DNA from: Stegostoma tigrinum
Taxonomy: Eukaryota
Reading direction: 5' to 3'
NCBI RefSeq assembly: GCF_030684315.1
Contig: NC_081388.1
Location: 16,600,093-16,664,092 of the forward strand
DNA: 64,000 nt
Shown: positions 26,967-39,050 of the stretch, piece after piece
Layout: each line of letters starts with the position of its first letter
Position numbering within the stretch: the first letter of the stretch is position 1
Notes under the pieces: generated by a model
What the model was told of the DNA's origin: nothing
The model's database searches: none
The model's input: only the letters and a program-made list of their open reading frames with translations
Translations under genes and position numbers: made by a program

Positions 26967-28489
26967 TCAGGGTGAAGGGCGCCGCTGAGAACCGTCCTAC
27001 AGAGTGAAGATTGATGGTGCACCGTTGGTTTGAACCCAGTTTTGCTTCATATTTGTAAGCATGTTAAAGCTTCTGACCCCCTTCTCCCAGTCCCAAAGCC
27101 TATATTCTGCGCAGCTTTCACTGCCTGGGAACGTTCAGCTGGCTGTTAGCGGCAGCAGGCTGTGTATCGAGACTTAACTGGAGCTGTTCCCTCCAACAGA
27201 TCCTTCTCTGACACTGGTGCCAGAACAGCGCTTTGTCTACCGAGCTGCTAAAGTTCGACTGTTCATCAGCAAATCACATCAATCCTGGGCGGTCCTTAAA
27301 CCTGTCCCATTTTTGGGGAGGCAAAGACACGATAAAGTGAAATATCGAGGGGGATAAAGGGACGGAATCAGAAAACCGAAGACGCAAAAAACCTTTAAAA
27401 AAAGAGGGAAATTGTGTACTGAGCACAATGCAGGGAAAGAGACAGCCAGAAAGGGAGGACAAAGAGGTCGTCAGCTGAACGAAGCTAAATGCTGAAAAGT
27501 CTTTCTTTTTACGCAGTAACAACAGAAAGTGCTGGAGAAACTCGGCAGGTCGGGCGCAGAGAGAAAGCAGGGTTAATGTTTCGAGTCATTGCGTTGAAAT
27601 TCGTGCCTTGTATCCGGCTAACACCGTCATTTCTATGTTCCCCACGTCCGACCTCTGACTGGGGTGTGTAACCAAGATGTTTCAGCAGAGAGGAGGCAGT
27701 CCTGTGGAGTGGACTGTTATCCATTACATGCGAATCAATTCCTCATGAATTTCCAAACGCTAATCTTCCAGGTGGGTTTAGGAAGCTTGGCTGAGAGCTC
27801 CCGTCAGACTGTCCAGCGGGGGGCACTCCGGCTCATTGTTCTGTCCTTGCCTGACTCTAATGTTCGATATTATTACTCCCTGATATTTACAGCATCTCCC
27901 TTGGGACCAGGTATTCTCGCACCCTATTTTACTTTAACTGATTTTTCTTTTGTTAAATCCAATTCTTCAAAGAAGACAATTTGAGCCGGATAAAAGCAAA
28001 GTGCCGAAACTTTAAAAATAGACACAGAGAAAGCTGGAGAAACCCAGTAAATTCTGGCAGCACCTGTGGAGAGAGTGAAAAAACAGAGTTAATGGTTCGA
28101 GTCCAGTGGTTTCTTCAGAACTGTCTTGGAAATAGAATCGGGCTCACCTCCATTGTCATTCTTTAATTAACCCTTTTTGGTCACTCACTGAGTTTATTAT
28201 AACACAGCAGGAATCCCAGATCCCGAACTGGGGTTAAAATATGTTTAAAATTAGAATTAACACGGAGACATTAAACTAGATGCGAGTTTCAGTCCGACAA
28301 GGTGCTTTTCTAGAGACCCAGAGCCTCCAGTGTGGTACTGGGGAAATGCCCATAGATGTACAATCCTTTGGGTGAGATGTTAAACTGAGGCTCTGTTGAA
28401 TCCAGGTAGAGGGGACTGCCTCACTTTTAGACCCTCACTCCTGCTTCAGGTGTTAGTGAGAGAAGTAGTATCAGATACAGAATTTATAA

Positions 28490-29008
28490 GTAGAAAATCA
28501 AAGGGTCACACCACTGATGAGGATCTATTAAACAAACCTAAGATGCTGGTAAATCTTTAATCAGTTACGTTTTAATTGATTAATATGTTTATGTAAATCC
28601 CCGAATTAATTTCAAGTCACTGCCCTGAGAGAACTAAGGGTTTTATCAGTGTAAAGAGGAGGTACGTTTTAGACCAGACAACACCTGTTAGGTGTGAAGC
28701 CTTGTTTAGAATCTGTTTGTGTTTTGGTTTCAAGTCTAGACTGTTATTATTTCTGAAGTGGGAATTTATAAAATGTCACATTGACCGACTGTCTATAAAT
28801 TGTGTGTTTTTTGAACAAAACAAAATGTATCTGCAAATACAAATTCACACCATAGATTTACATTTGTGTGGTGGGGGGGTATAGAGAGTGAGTATTTGTA
28901 TATGGGGTAGGAGAGGGTGCGTGTGTGTGTGTGAGAGAGAGAGAATGTGTGTGTTTATCTGTGCGGGAGAGAGTGTGTCTGAGTGAGGGGGAGAGAGAGA
29001 GAGAGAAA

Positions 29009-29063
<55 letters not shown>

Positions 29064-30430
29064 ACATGAACCCAAGATGCCGGTCGAGGCCTTCCTCATG
29101 GATAACAAACTTGGTTATCAGCCTCTGCTTGGCAACTCTGTGTTGTTGTGCCTCCTAAAGTCCGTCTTGGTGGACATTTACCCGAAGATCCGAAGCTGAA
29201 TGTCCTTGACCACTGAAGTGATCTCCCACTGGGAGGCAACATCACTGTTGACGATTGTTACGTGGTGTCCATTCATCTGCTGACATAGTGTCTGCATTGT
29301 TTCACCCATATACCATACCTCGGGGCATCCTTGCCTGCAGCGTATGAGATAGACAACGTTGCCCGAGTCACATGAGTATAGGCTGTGCACGTCTCGGGTC
29401 ATGATCCCATATGTGATGGTAGTGTAGTGTCCATGTCGATGATCTGACATGTCTTACAGAGGTTTCCATGGCAGGGTTGTGTGGTGTTGTGATCGATGTT
29501 GTCCTGAAGGCTGTTTAAGGTTTGGTGGTTGTTTGAAGGCAAGAAGTGGAGGTGTGGGGAAGATGTTGGTGAGGTTCTCATCATCATCGACAATGTGTTG
29601 AAGGCTACAAAAAAAAGGCTTAGTTTCTCCTCTCCTGGGAAGTACTGGGTGACGAAGGGTACCTTATCGGATATATCCGTGTCTGTCTTCTGAGAGGGTC
29701 ATTACAGTTTATCGCTGTGGCACGTCGGAACTGGCGATTGATGAGTTGAGCATCGTATCCTGTTCCTATGAGGGTGTCCTTCAACACCTTCAGGTGTCTG
29801 TCACACTCCTCCTCATCTGAACAGATCTTGTGTATGCATAGGGCTAGCCTGTAGGGGCTGGCTGTTTTAATACTTTTAGGTTGGAAGCTAGAGAAGCGCA
29901 GCATCATGAGGGTAAACGTGGGCTTGCGGTAGCGTGTGGTATTGTGGTATCTGTCTCTCTCTGATGGAGATGCGTGTCCAAGAATGAGACCAATTTGAAA
30001 GAGTAATCCATGGTAAGTCTGATGGTGGGATGAAACTTGTTGATTTTGCTTTGTAGTTGTTTCAGTGATTCCTTGCCATGAGTCCAAAGGAAGAAAGTCT
30101 TGTCAATGTATCTGGTGTATAACATTGTTCAGAGATTCTGTGCAGCAAAGAAGTCTTGTTTGAACCTGTGCATGAAAATGTTGGCATATTGGGGAGCAAA
30201 TCTGGTCCCCATAGCTGTTCTGTGCATCTGGATGAAGAACTGGTTGTCGAAGGTGAAGACGTTGTGGTCGAGGATGAAGCGGATGACTTGTAGGATGCAC
30301 TTGGGAATTGGCGGTATTGAGCACTGAGGCTGTTGCGGCGATGCTGTCATTGTCATAGAGTGCCGAAATGTCCATTGTGACAAGGAATGTTCCTGGTTCG
30401 ACTGGTCCATGGGTGCTGAATTCATTGAGT
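28490..30430 (-). mobile_element. Decayed Penelope-like retroelement (RT + GIY-YIG endonuclease + 3' region)
   Basis: Frameshifted RT motifs FLVTMDISALY, TAMGTRFAPQYANIFM, RYIDK; GIY-YIG YSCDSGNVVYLIRCRQGCPEVWYMGETMQTL..MNGH. Confidence 0.92.
28915..29062. repeat. (GT)n/(GA)n compound microsatellite in the Penelope 3' region
   Basis: About 25 perfect GT units at 29010-29060 plus degenerate GT/GA runs. Confidence 0.95.
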
Positions 30431-31461
30431 TTGTGGATCTTTGCTCCATATTTCAACTGCCTGGTGGATAATAGCAGTGCCAGCTAAACATAATGTCTTG
30501 CTTATAAAACTCTTGTGAAATGTGATGAACTGTTGCATGAATGCAATGTCAAATTAAGGTGCAGGAACTTTACAATTCTGGTGCTGCTTTGTTATAAATT
30601 AGGTGAAAACCATCTGTCCAATAGCTCATTATTATTCAGCTCACTTTGTTTTGAAAACCCCATCTGTCCAGGCCATGTGTCGTCTGCAGAATATAATCCA
30701 GGTTGCCATTCTTAATGCAGCGCTGAAGGAACCTTGCACTCTCAGAGGTGCACATTTTGAGATGAGGTGATAAACAGAGATCCGAGTTGCCCTTTCAGGT
30801 GACCAAACAATCCCATGGGAGGCAGATGGTGCTGTAGTGGATGTGTCACTGGGCTGGTAATCGAGGGATTCCAGACTAAACGCTATGGGGCCATGGGTTC
30901 GAATCGCCCCCAAAGAAGATAGTGGAGTTTTAAATTCAATCAGTGCAATTTGTGGATTTTTGTTTTGCCATTGAAAGCTGTTGTTGCCAAAACTTTGAAT
31001 GTTTTCAAGAAGGAATCATAGTTCTTAGGTCTAAAGAGATCAAAGGATATAGGGAGAAAGTGGGAAGAGTACTAAGTTAGTTGATCAGCCATAATCAATA
31101 TGAATGGCAGAGCAGTGTCAAAGGGCCGAATGGCCTACTCCTGCTCCTAGTTTCTGTATTTCTAAAAGTAATTATGACCACGATACTATCATCGATTGTT
31201 GTAAAAACCAAGTGGGCCACAAATGCCCTTCAGAGAAGGACATCTGCCATCTTTATCCAGTCTGGTCTACATGTAACTCCAAACCCCAGTAATGTGGTTG
31301 ACTCTAAACTGTCCCCTGATGTGGCTGAGCAAATCATTCAGTTTAAGAGCAATTAGGGATGAGCAATAAATGTTGGCCTTGTCAGTGATACCATTATCCC
31401 AGGATTTAAGAAAAGGTATTGCAAAGAAGGGCAGGGGTGTCTCCTAGATGTCCTGTAGGTA

Positions 31462-31702
31462 GTTATTTTAACCAACTTGCTCAGATAGGTTATGACACAC
31501 CTCTGGAGCAGACTGGTCTTGAACCTGGATTGGGAGATAGGTACATTATCACTGCACCACAAGAGCCCTATTTGTGTCTGGCTAGATAGTTTTCTAATCA
31601 TCCTGTTCAGAGATGTTAGCACACACCTCTGGAGAGTTGAAACTTGAACCTGGGCCTCTTAATCCAGAGGTAGGGCACTGCCATGCTGCCACAAGAGCCC
31701 TA
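31462..31702 (-). mobile_element. Tandem dimer of a short tRNA-derived SINE; again at 49185-49415, single copies at ~17880, 33095, 56680
   Basis: - strand agggctcttgtggtgcagtg (A-box-like)...ggttcaag (B-box-like)...ccagaggtgtgt...ctgaacagg. Confidence 0.65.
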
Positions 31703-32814
31703 CTTTTGTAGCTGGCTACTTGCTGTACACTAATTGGCTGCCACATGTTCTACATCATAGTAACTACACTTCAGAACATGCTTATTGACTGTAAAGGATC
31801 TTTGACATGTTCATTGATTGTAAATGGTGCTACATAAATTCGTTGTCTTATCCGCATTCAGAATGATGACACCGAAGGCTGTGGAGGCCAGGTCATTGGG
31901 TACATTTAAGACTGAGATAGATATGTTCTTGGTTATCAAGGGGATCAAGGTTTATAGGGAGAAAGCAGGAGAATGGGGATGAGGAACTTATCAGCCATGA
32001 TTGGATGGTGGAGCAGACTCGATGGGTCGAATGGCCTAATTTCTGCTCCTATGTCTTATGGTCTTACAGCTGCTGAGAAACCTGGCCCAATGTTAGGGCA
32101 ACATGCTCTGTGTTGAGTTCAGTTTCCATTGTGTTCCGTCATTCACTTTGTCACTGGGAACTCAGCTGATTTGATCTTGAGTTCTGAAACTGAAAAAAAT
32201 GAAACATTCATTTACATAGGATGTTACATTCTCAAACCACCAAAGCCTGTTTCAAATCTCATTCTCACTGAAGTGCAGTGACTGTTACAGTGTAGCATCT
32301 AGTTTGTACGCAGCAGGGTCCCAGAGACAATGAGGTAAGTGACAAATTAACCTGTTGACAGTGGAGATCGTTAGGGAATGAAATGTTGGTCAGGATGTTA
32401 GGAGCACTCCTTGCTCTTTTTATAGGGCCATCTGACCAAACTAATAGGCTCTCAGTTTAATGTTTCACTTGCAAGGTCGTGCCTCTGACAATGCATCACT
32501 TTTCTGCTCTAAAGTATCAGCCCAGCTGGCATGTTTGAGGTTAGGTGAAGAGTGTGTGATAACCAGCTGAGGCCGTGGAAGGTGCTTTACAACTCAAGCT
32601 TGTTATCTTGGCATGGGTCCTCACTTAACCAGGTCTTCACCTTTAACGGAGATGGCAAGGTGTGGAGCTGGATGAATGCAGCAGGCCAAGCAGCATCAGA
32701 GGAGCAGGAAGGCTGATGTTTCGGGCCTAGACCATTTGGGCCAACGTATTTTCACCAGGTGAGGAAGGGAGAATGGCACATATTCTATCAGTGTGTCACA
32801 GGCATTGCCTGTTC

Positions 32815-33465
32815 TAGTCATGTCACAGAGTATTACAGCACAGAAGCGGCCCTTCAGCCCATCTGGTCTGCCTTGGCCTATCTACACATCTCACACTTTC
32901 CAGCATTTGGATCATGACCTTCAATGTTATGACATTTGAAGTGCTCATCCAAGTACTTGTTGAAAGATTTTGAGGTTTCTTGCTTCAATTGCAGCACCAG
33001 TAGATGAGAGAGGTTTTCCTCAAATCCCCTCTAAACCTTCTGCATCTCACCTTAGAATTATAACCCATTGTTTTTACTTTAACCTACATTTTCCTAATCA
33101 ACCTGTTCAGAGATATTATTACACACCTCTGGAGCAGGTGGGACTTGAATATAGGCCTCTCTGTCCAGGGGTAGGGACACTACCACTATTATTTATCCTT
33201 CAACTAAGGGGAAACAGCTGCTTCCTATCCACCATGTCTGTGCCCCTCATAATGTTATGGACCTCAGTCAGGCCCCTCCTTGGCTACCTCTGCTCTGAAG
33301 AAAATAACCTGAGCCTATCCAGCCTCTCTTCATAGCAAAACCGCTCCATCCCAGACCGACATCCTGGTGAACCTCCTCTGCACCCCCTCCAGTGCAGACA
33401 CATCCTCCCTATAGTGCAGTGACCAGAACTGCACACAGTTACTGCACTGTGGCCTAACCAAAGTG
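32815..33465 (-). mobile_element. CR1-type LINE 3' fragment with a nested tRNA-derived SINE
   Basis: Antisense of cagttctggtcactgcactatagggaggatgt...gtgcagaggaggttcaccaggatg, plus tail. Confidence 0.75.
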
Positions 33466-33504
33466 GTTACCTACTGTCTGTGAGAAACGTTGGTTGCTGG
33501 AGAG

Positions 33505-33518
33505 GTTACCATGGCAAT
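33505..33518. promoter_or_regulatory. RFX X-box-like palindrome
   Basis: GTTACCATGGCAAT, 13/14 match to GTTACCATGGCAAC. Confidence 0.4.
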
Positions 33519-35206
33519 GAGCTGGTCTGCCAGCCTTAACTTCCCACCTCTTGAAGTTGCTGTCAGTCAAGGTGCGAAGGAGTGCAGTGTGTCAGAGTGT
33601 GAAATGAAGAGGCGTGGAGAAAGTAAGCACAACTGAAACCCATGACAGATCAACCCAGAGGTAAGGAGGCTGACTTTTAACCAGTGACAGCCTGAAATGA
33701 AGAAAAAGCCTGTTTTTTCTTAACCAATCTTCATTTTCTTCCTTCCTGTCATTCCACATCAACAGTACAGAAAGTCATTCAGCCCAACAGATCCACGCTG
33801 CATAGAAGCTTTCTTTTCTCATTCATCTACCCCCAAATGCAGGATTACAGGGATAGGGTAGGCTGGTCGGTCTGGGCAGGAGGCTCTTTGGAGGGTTCGT
33901 GTGGACTTGATGGACCAAATGACCTGCTTCCATGCTGTAAGGATTCCATGATTTTATCGATATATTTTTCTATTCCTCATTCTCCCATGGGTTTATTGAA
34001 TTTCCCCTTAAATACAGCCGACTCCCAATAGTGGTAAATTTCACATTCTCACTACTGCCCGGGATTTCTCTTGAATCCCCCATTGTATTTTATTATAGCC
34101 TTGCTCTATGTACTGCCTCTAATTTTGCACACTCTCATGTCTACTCCAAATCTTCTCTGGGGTATTCCTTGCTAATTGTAAGGAGTTTTATTAGGTCACC
34201 TCCATCCAAGTTTCTTTATCAAACAGAAGAAATAATCTTTCCTGATGGCTTACTGTCACTCAGATTTGATCCCCATAATTGCTTTTGTCTTTTGTCCAGT
34301 CTCTGTGCTTCCATGCCATTTTTCTATTCCCTGGAATGAGGCACAGCACTCTGTTAGTGCATTCTGACCTTGATCCTATACAAGTTTCAGTAACAGTGCC
34401 TTGTTGGTCAAATTCTGAGATACCATGTCAGATGCTACTCTAGTGGGCTTTCTAAAGGATAGGTTTGAAGTGCATAGTTTGGGCAGGGTAGTAGGAGCTT
34501 CTGCAACTTTGCCTTACCTAACCCGAGAACTCTTGATGCTGGAACTGGACACCAAACCTGGAATCCCTCATCTTGTTGAGTACAGTGTGTGAGAGAGGCA
34601 GATAAGTCGGATAACTCAGCTTCACTATCTAGGCAGGAAAACCTTTTAATTCCTCCTGTGGATTCTGAATAAACATGGCTTCTGCTTTCAGTACCAAAAC
34701 CAGGAGCACAGTTATAGTTTGAACACATTTGGTCTGGTGTGAACAATATTGTTGTTTGTATTACATTCAGTTTGATCCCTTGCCCTATTTCTCCTGCTCC
34801 TTTGATTTACTTTGAAGTCCTACTCCAGATTTATTTCAGCCACGCCATTTTCTCCCTTGTGTACGGTTTCCACGGTTGCTTCTTTCACCCTCTGATATCC
34901 TGCCTAAACTCTGTGTCACCCGAGACGGATTTCTCTGGACTACCTTTAGGACATGATTTTGTGTCTTTATCACCAAAGGATGGCCGGGTGGAATGAAGGG
35001 ACCATTCAGACCGTCAAGCCAGTCCTACCATTCAATGAGACGATAGCTGATACTGCCTTAGTTCATCTACCTGCATTTGTCCTATTTCCCAAAATACATT
35101 GGTCAACAAAAACCTAGCAATCTCAGTTTTAAAATTAACAGCTGACCCAGGACCCAGTTACTAATACAGGAGAGAGCTCGAAGCTTACATACTTTATTTT
35201 TCAATA

Positions 35207-37105
35207 AAGAGAGAGCTCAGACCTAAAGAGAGAGCTCAGAAGAGCCAGGAGGAGACATGAGAAGTTGTTGGTGGATAGGATCAGGATAAACCCTAAGGCT
35301 TTCCATATTTATTTAAGGAATAAAAGAATGACGAAAGTAAGATTAGGGCCAATCAAGGATAGTAGTGGTAGGTTGTGTGTGGAGTCAGAGGAGATAGGGG
35401 AAGCACTAAGTGAATATTTTTCGACAGTATTCACTCTAGAAAATGACAATGTTGTCGAGGAGAATACTGAGATACAGGCTACTAGACTAGGTAGGATTGA
35501 GGTTCACAAGGAAGAGGTATTAGAAATCCTACAGAGTGTGAAGATAGATAAGTCCCTTGGGCCGGATGGGATTTATCCTAGGATCCTCTGGGAAGCCAGG
35601 GAGGGGATTGCCGAGCCTTTGGCATTGATCTTTAACTCATCATTGTCTACAGGAATAGTGCCAAATGACTGGAGGATAGCAAATGTGGTTCCCCTGTTCA
35701 AGAAGTGGAGTAGAGACAACCGTGGTAATTAGAGACCAGTGAGCCTTACCTCAGTTGTTGGTAAAGTGTTGGAAAAGGTTATAAGGGATAGGATTTGTAA
35801 TCATCTAGAAAAGAATAAATTGATTAGGGATAGTCAGCACGGTTTAGTGAAGGGTAGGTCGCGCCTCACAAACCTTATTGAGTTCTTTGAGAAGGTGACC
35901 AAACAGGTAGATGAGAATAAACCGGTTGATGTGGTGTATATGGATTTCAGCAGGGCATTCGATAAGGTTCCCCACAATAGGCTATTGTACAAAATGCGGA
36001 GGAATGGAATTGTGGGAGATATAGCAGTTTGGTTCGGAAATTGTCTTGCTGAAAGAAGACAGAGGGTGGTAGTTGATGGGAAATGTTCATCCTGGAGACC
36101 AGTTACTAGTGGTGTACTGCAAGGGTCAGTGTTGGGTCCACTGCAGTTTGTCATTTTTATAAATGACCTGGATGAGGGCGTAGAAGGATGGGTTAGTAAA
36201 TTTTCAGATGACACTATGGTTGGTGGAGTTGTGGATAGTGACGAAGGATGCTGTAGGTTGCAGAGAGACATAGATAAGCTGCAGAGCTGGACTGAGAGGT
36301 GGCAAATGGAGTTTAATGCAGACAAGTGTGAGGTGATGCACTTTGGTAGGAGTAACCAGAAGGCAAAGTACTGGGCTAATGGTAAGATTCTTGGTAGTGT
36401 AGATGAGCAGAGAGATCTCGGTGTCCATGTACACAGATCCTTGAAAGTTGCCACCCAGGTTGACAGGGCTGTTAAGAAGGCATACAGTGTTTTAGCTTTT
36501 ATTAATAGAGGGATCGAGTTCCAGAACCAAGAGGTTATGCTGCAGCTGTACAAAACTCTGGTGCGGCCGCACTTGGAGTATTGCGTACAGTTCTGGTCAC
36601 CGCATTATAAGAAGGATGTGGAAGCTTTGGAAAGGGTGCAGAGGAGATTTACTAGGATGTTGCCTGGTATGGAGGGAAGGTCTTACGAGGAAAGGCTGAG
36701 GGACTTGAGGCTGTTTTCGTTAGAGAGAAGAAGGTTGAGAGGTGACTTAATTGAGACATATAAAATAATCAGAGGGTTAGATAGGGTGGACAGGGAGAGC
36801 CTTTTTCCTAGGATGGTGATGGCGAGCACGAGGGGGCATAAGCTTTAAATTGAGGGGTGAAAGATATAGGACAGATGTCAGAGGTAGTTTCTTTACTCAG
36901 AGTAGTAAGGGAATGGAATGCTTTGCCCGCAACGGTAGTAGATTCGCCAACTTTAAGTACATTTAAGTCATCATTGGACAAGCATATGGATGTACATGGA
37001 ATAGTGTAGGTTAGATGGGCTTCAGATTGGTATGACAGGTCGGCACAACATTTGAGGGCCAAAGGGCCTGTACTGTACTGTGCTGTAATGTTCTATGTTC
37101 TACGT
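35207..37105 (+). mobile_element. 5'-truncated young CR1-type LINE (RT domain)
   Basis: [16 protein letters not shown] region, [30 protein letters not shown]; tail ttctatgttctacgttc; premature stop at 35732. Confidence 0.97.
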
Positions 37106-37431
37106 TCATTATTTCCTATTTTCATTCTTGTCTGCGGATGGATGGGATACATTATCGACCTCTTCCATTCCTCCTCCTATATTTGCCCTGCCCTAGCCAC
37201 AATAATGATTTGGAAAGTGTTCTGCTGCACTGAAGATGTGAGCAATGAATTAATCAAATCAAGTTAATAAAATCAGATGTAATTTTAAAAGGTTCTTCTC
37301 TATATACTTACACTGTACCAGTTTACCATTCTCATTTGTTATTCATCTTTCTATATCGGTTATAGCACTAAGCATCCTGGAAAGAAACACTCACGGACAA
37401 TGTTACCTCAGCTTGAGCCAATGCACTTCTT

Positions 37432-37437
37432 TTTATT
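37432..37437 (-). promoter_or_regulatory. Candidate polyA signal of the 430-aa gene
   Basis: Minus-strand AATAAA followed about 40 nt later by GTGAGTGTTTCTTT (GU-rich downstream element). Confidence 0.5.
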
Positions 37438-39050
37438 GCCAACCTAGTTTCAGACTAGCTTACGCAGCATGTTGTTGTGAATCATCGCTTCCCGTGAGGT
37501 CGGTATTGTCATCCACTAGGACTAACAGTTGCACATTTTCTGTCATATTCATGGTTCACAGTGATGGTCTTGTTCTTGTACATGATGTCTCCAAACTGTG
37601 AAACCAAGAATGGGAAGAAGTCTCATACAAGAAGGGACTTCAGAGCAGATTCTACTGATGCTGAAGTTGTTTGTGTTCTAAGAGGTGTCTCTCGTGTTAC
37701 CGCAAGGAGATATGTCCACAACTGTATCAGCCACCAAGGACAGAACAGGGTCATTGCTGCACTAAGGGCTAGTTCTTCCAAGATGAGTTTTCTTGAGGTT
37801 GAGGGCTGATTTAAGAAGTGGCTGGATGCCATGAGTGGAAGATGGTTTGGTTTATAATGCGTAAGGAGGCAATCAGATGGGTTGGGCAAGGTTCTTTGTC
37901 TTCATCCTTCATACAGCTGGTTTGTTTTCTACAGGGTGGAAGGCAGTTTTACTTTGCATCTAACTGCCCTCAATATGACCTTGACACACCTTAACGACCT
38001 CACCCTGCAGTGGCCGCTGCTGTGAGATAAAATTTAGGGGCAAGTAAAGGAGTGGCAGATAATTCGTTGGATGTTGGAATAATGGCAATTTGGCAGAAGA
38101 CGATAAGAAAGGGCATTTAAAGGCTATGAAGCTAAGATAGCTGGATGGAATTGGTATATATATTAGCCACAGTGTGGCTAGATAAATGGCTGAACCGACT
38201 TCTGACCCGTTATTGCTTTGTGTCTAAATGCTCTGTTTCTCATTACCATGAATCCTTGGTGCTATGTTTCTGACATTGCAATGGAGGGGTTTTCATAAAT
38301 CCAAATGCATGACAGATGAGAAGGGAATGCCTATGAGATACAACAGTAAATGACAAATCCTTGGGGGTTGGGGGGAATAGCTGATTATTTAACAACACAC
38401 TTGATATCTCTTTTCTTCTTCAATACCGCTTTATCTTAGAACATTGTTTTTGTGCTTTGATACTCTGGAACTGCACCCAAGTGTGGGACAGGTTAACTTT
38501 GAGGTTACGCAAATAAAAAGGGTCCTGGGTGCGTTCTTTTTGTTGCAAAGTCAGGGGTAGATTCCTGTGATCGACAAGGCGTGAGACCATGGGGGTTCAA
38601 GTCGGGAACTAGAATCTGGTATAAGGAGATATATCTAGCGGCTGAGATTGACAATTGGGCTACTGTGTTATTTGTTACCTTGTTATCTTAACAGATTCCT
38701 TTTGAAGATATTCTAACCTCCCTTGCTCTGCCATTCATCCGTGTAACATCATTGACTTTAAAAGGGAGAGTGGTGGTTGGGGGATGCAGTTCTGTAGAGA
38801 ACTTGTTTCTATTCGTCAAGGTTTTGGGAAGTAGGTCATCCTCCTGTTCTCTGCTCAAGCAAAGCCAACTTTGCACCAGTGTTACATTCTGCCACTTTTC
38901 TGTCATTGCACCAATTTGTCATCACTTAAAAGCTCATTGCTGAGTAATGCTGCCAAATTGGCTGTTACTGTCCACTTCACAGCCATTCCCTAAAAACAAG
39001 TGTTGCGCGGACTGTTCCTGAATCCATTCAATGTTGGACCTTCCTGCTGC

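Noticed and set aside
28845-29199. HTHTHT / CVCVCV ORFs
   Set aside because: Dinucleotide microsatellite.
34435-35000. Purine-rich minus-strand stretch with a donor near 34517 that looks like an exon
   Set aside because: Stops in all frames over its length, no clear acceptor and no recognisable homology.
35834-36553. Antisense ORFs of CR1 copies (also 22059-22379, 41600-42019, 62408-62827, 63086-63601)
   Set aside because: Recurrent open frames opposite RT coding sequence, not separate genes.
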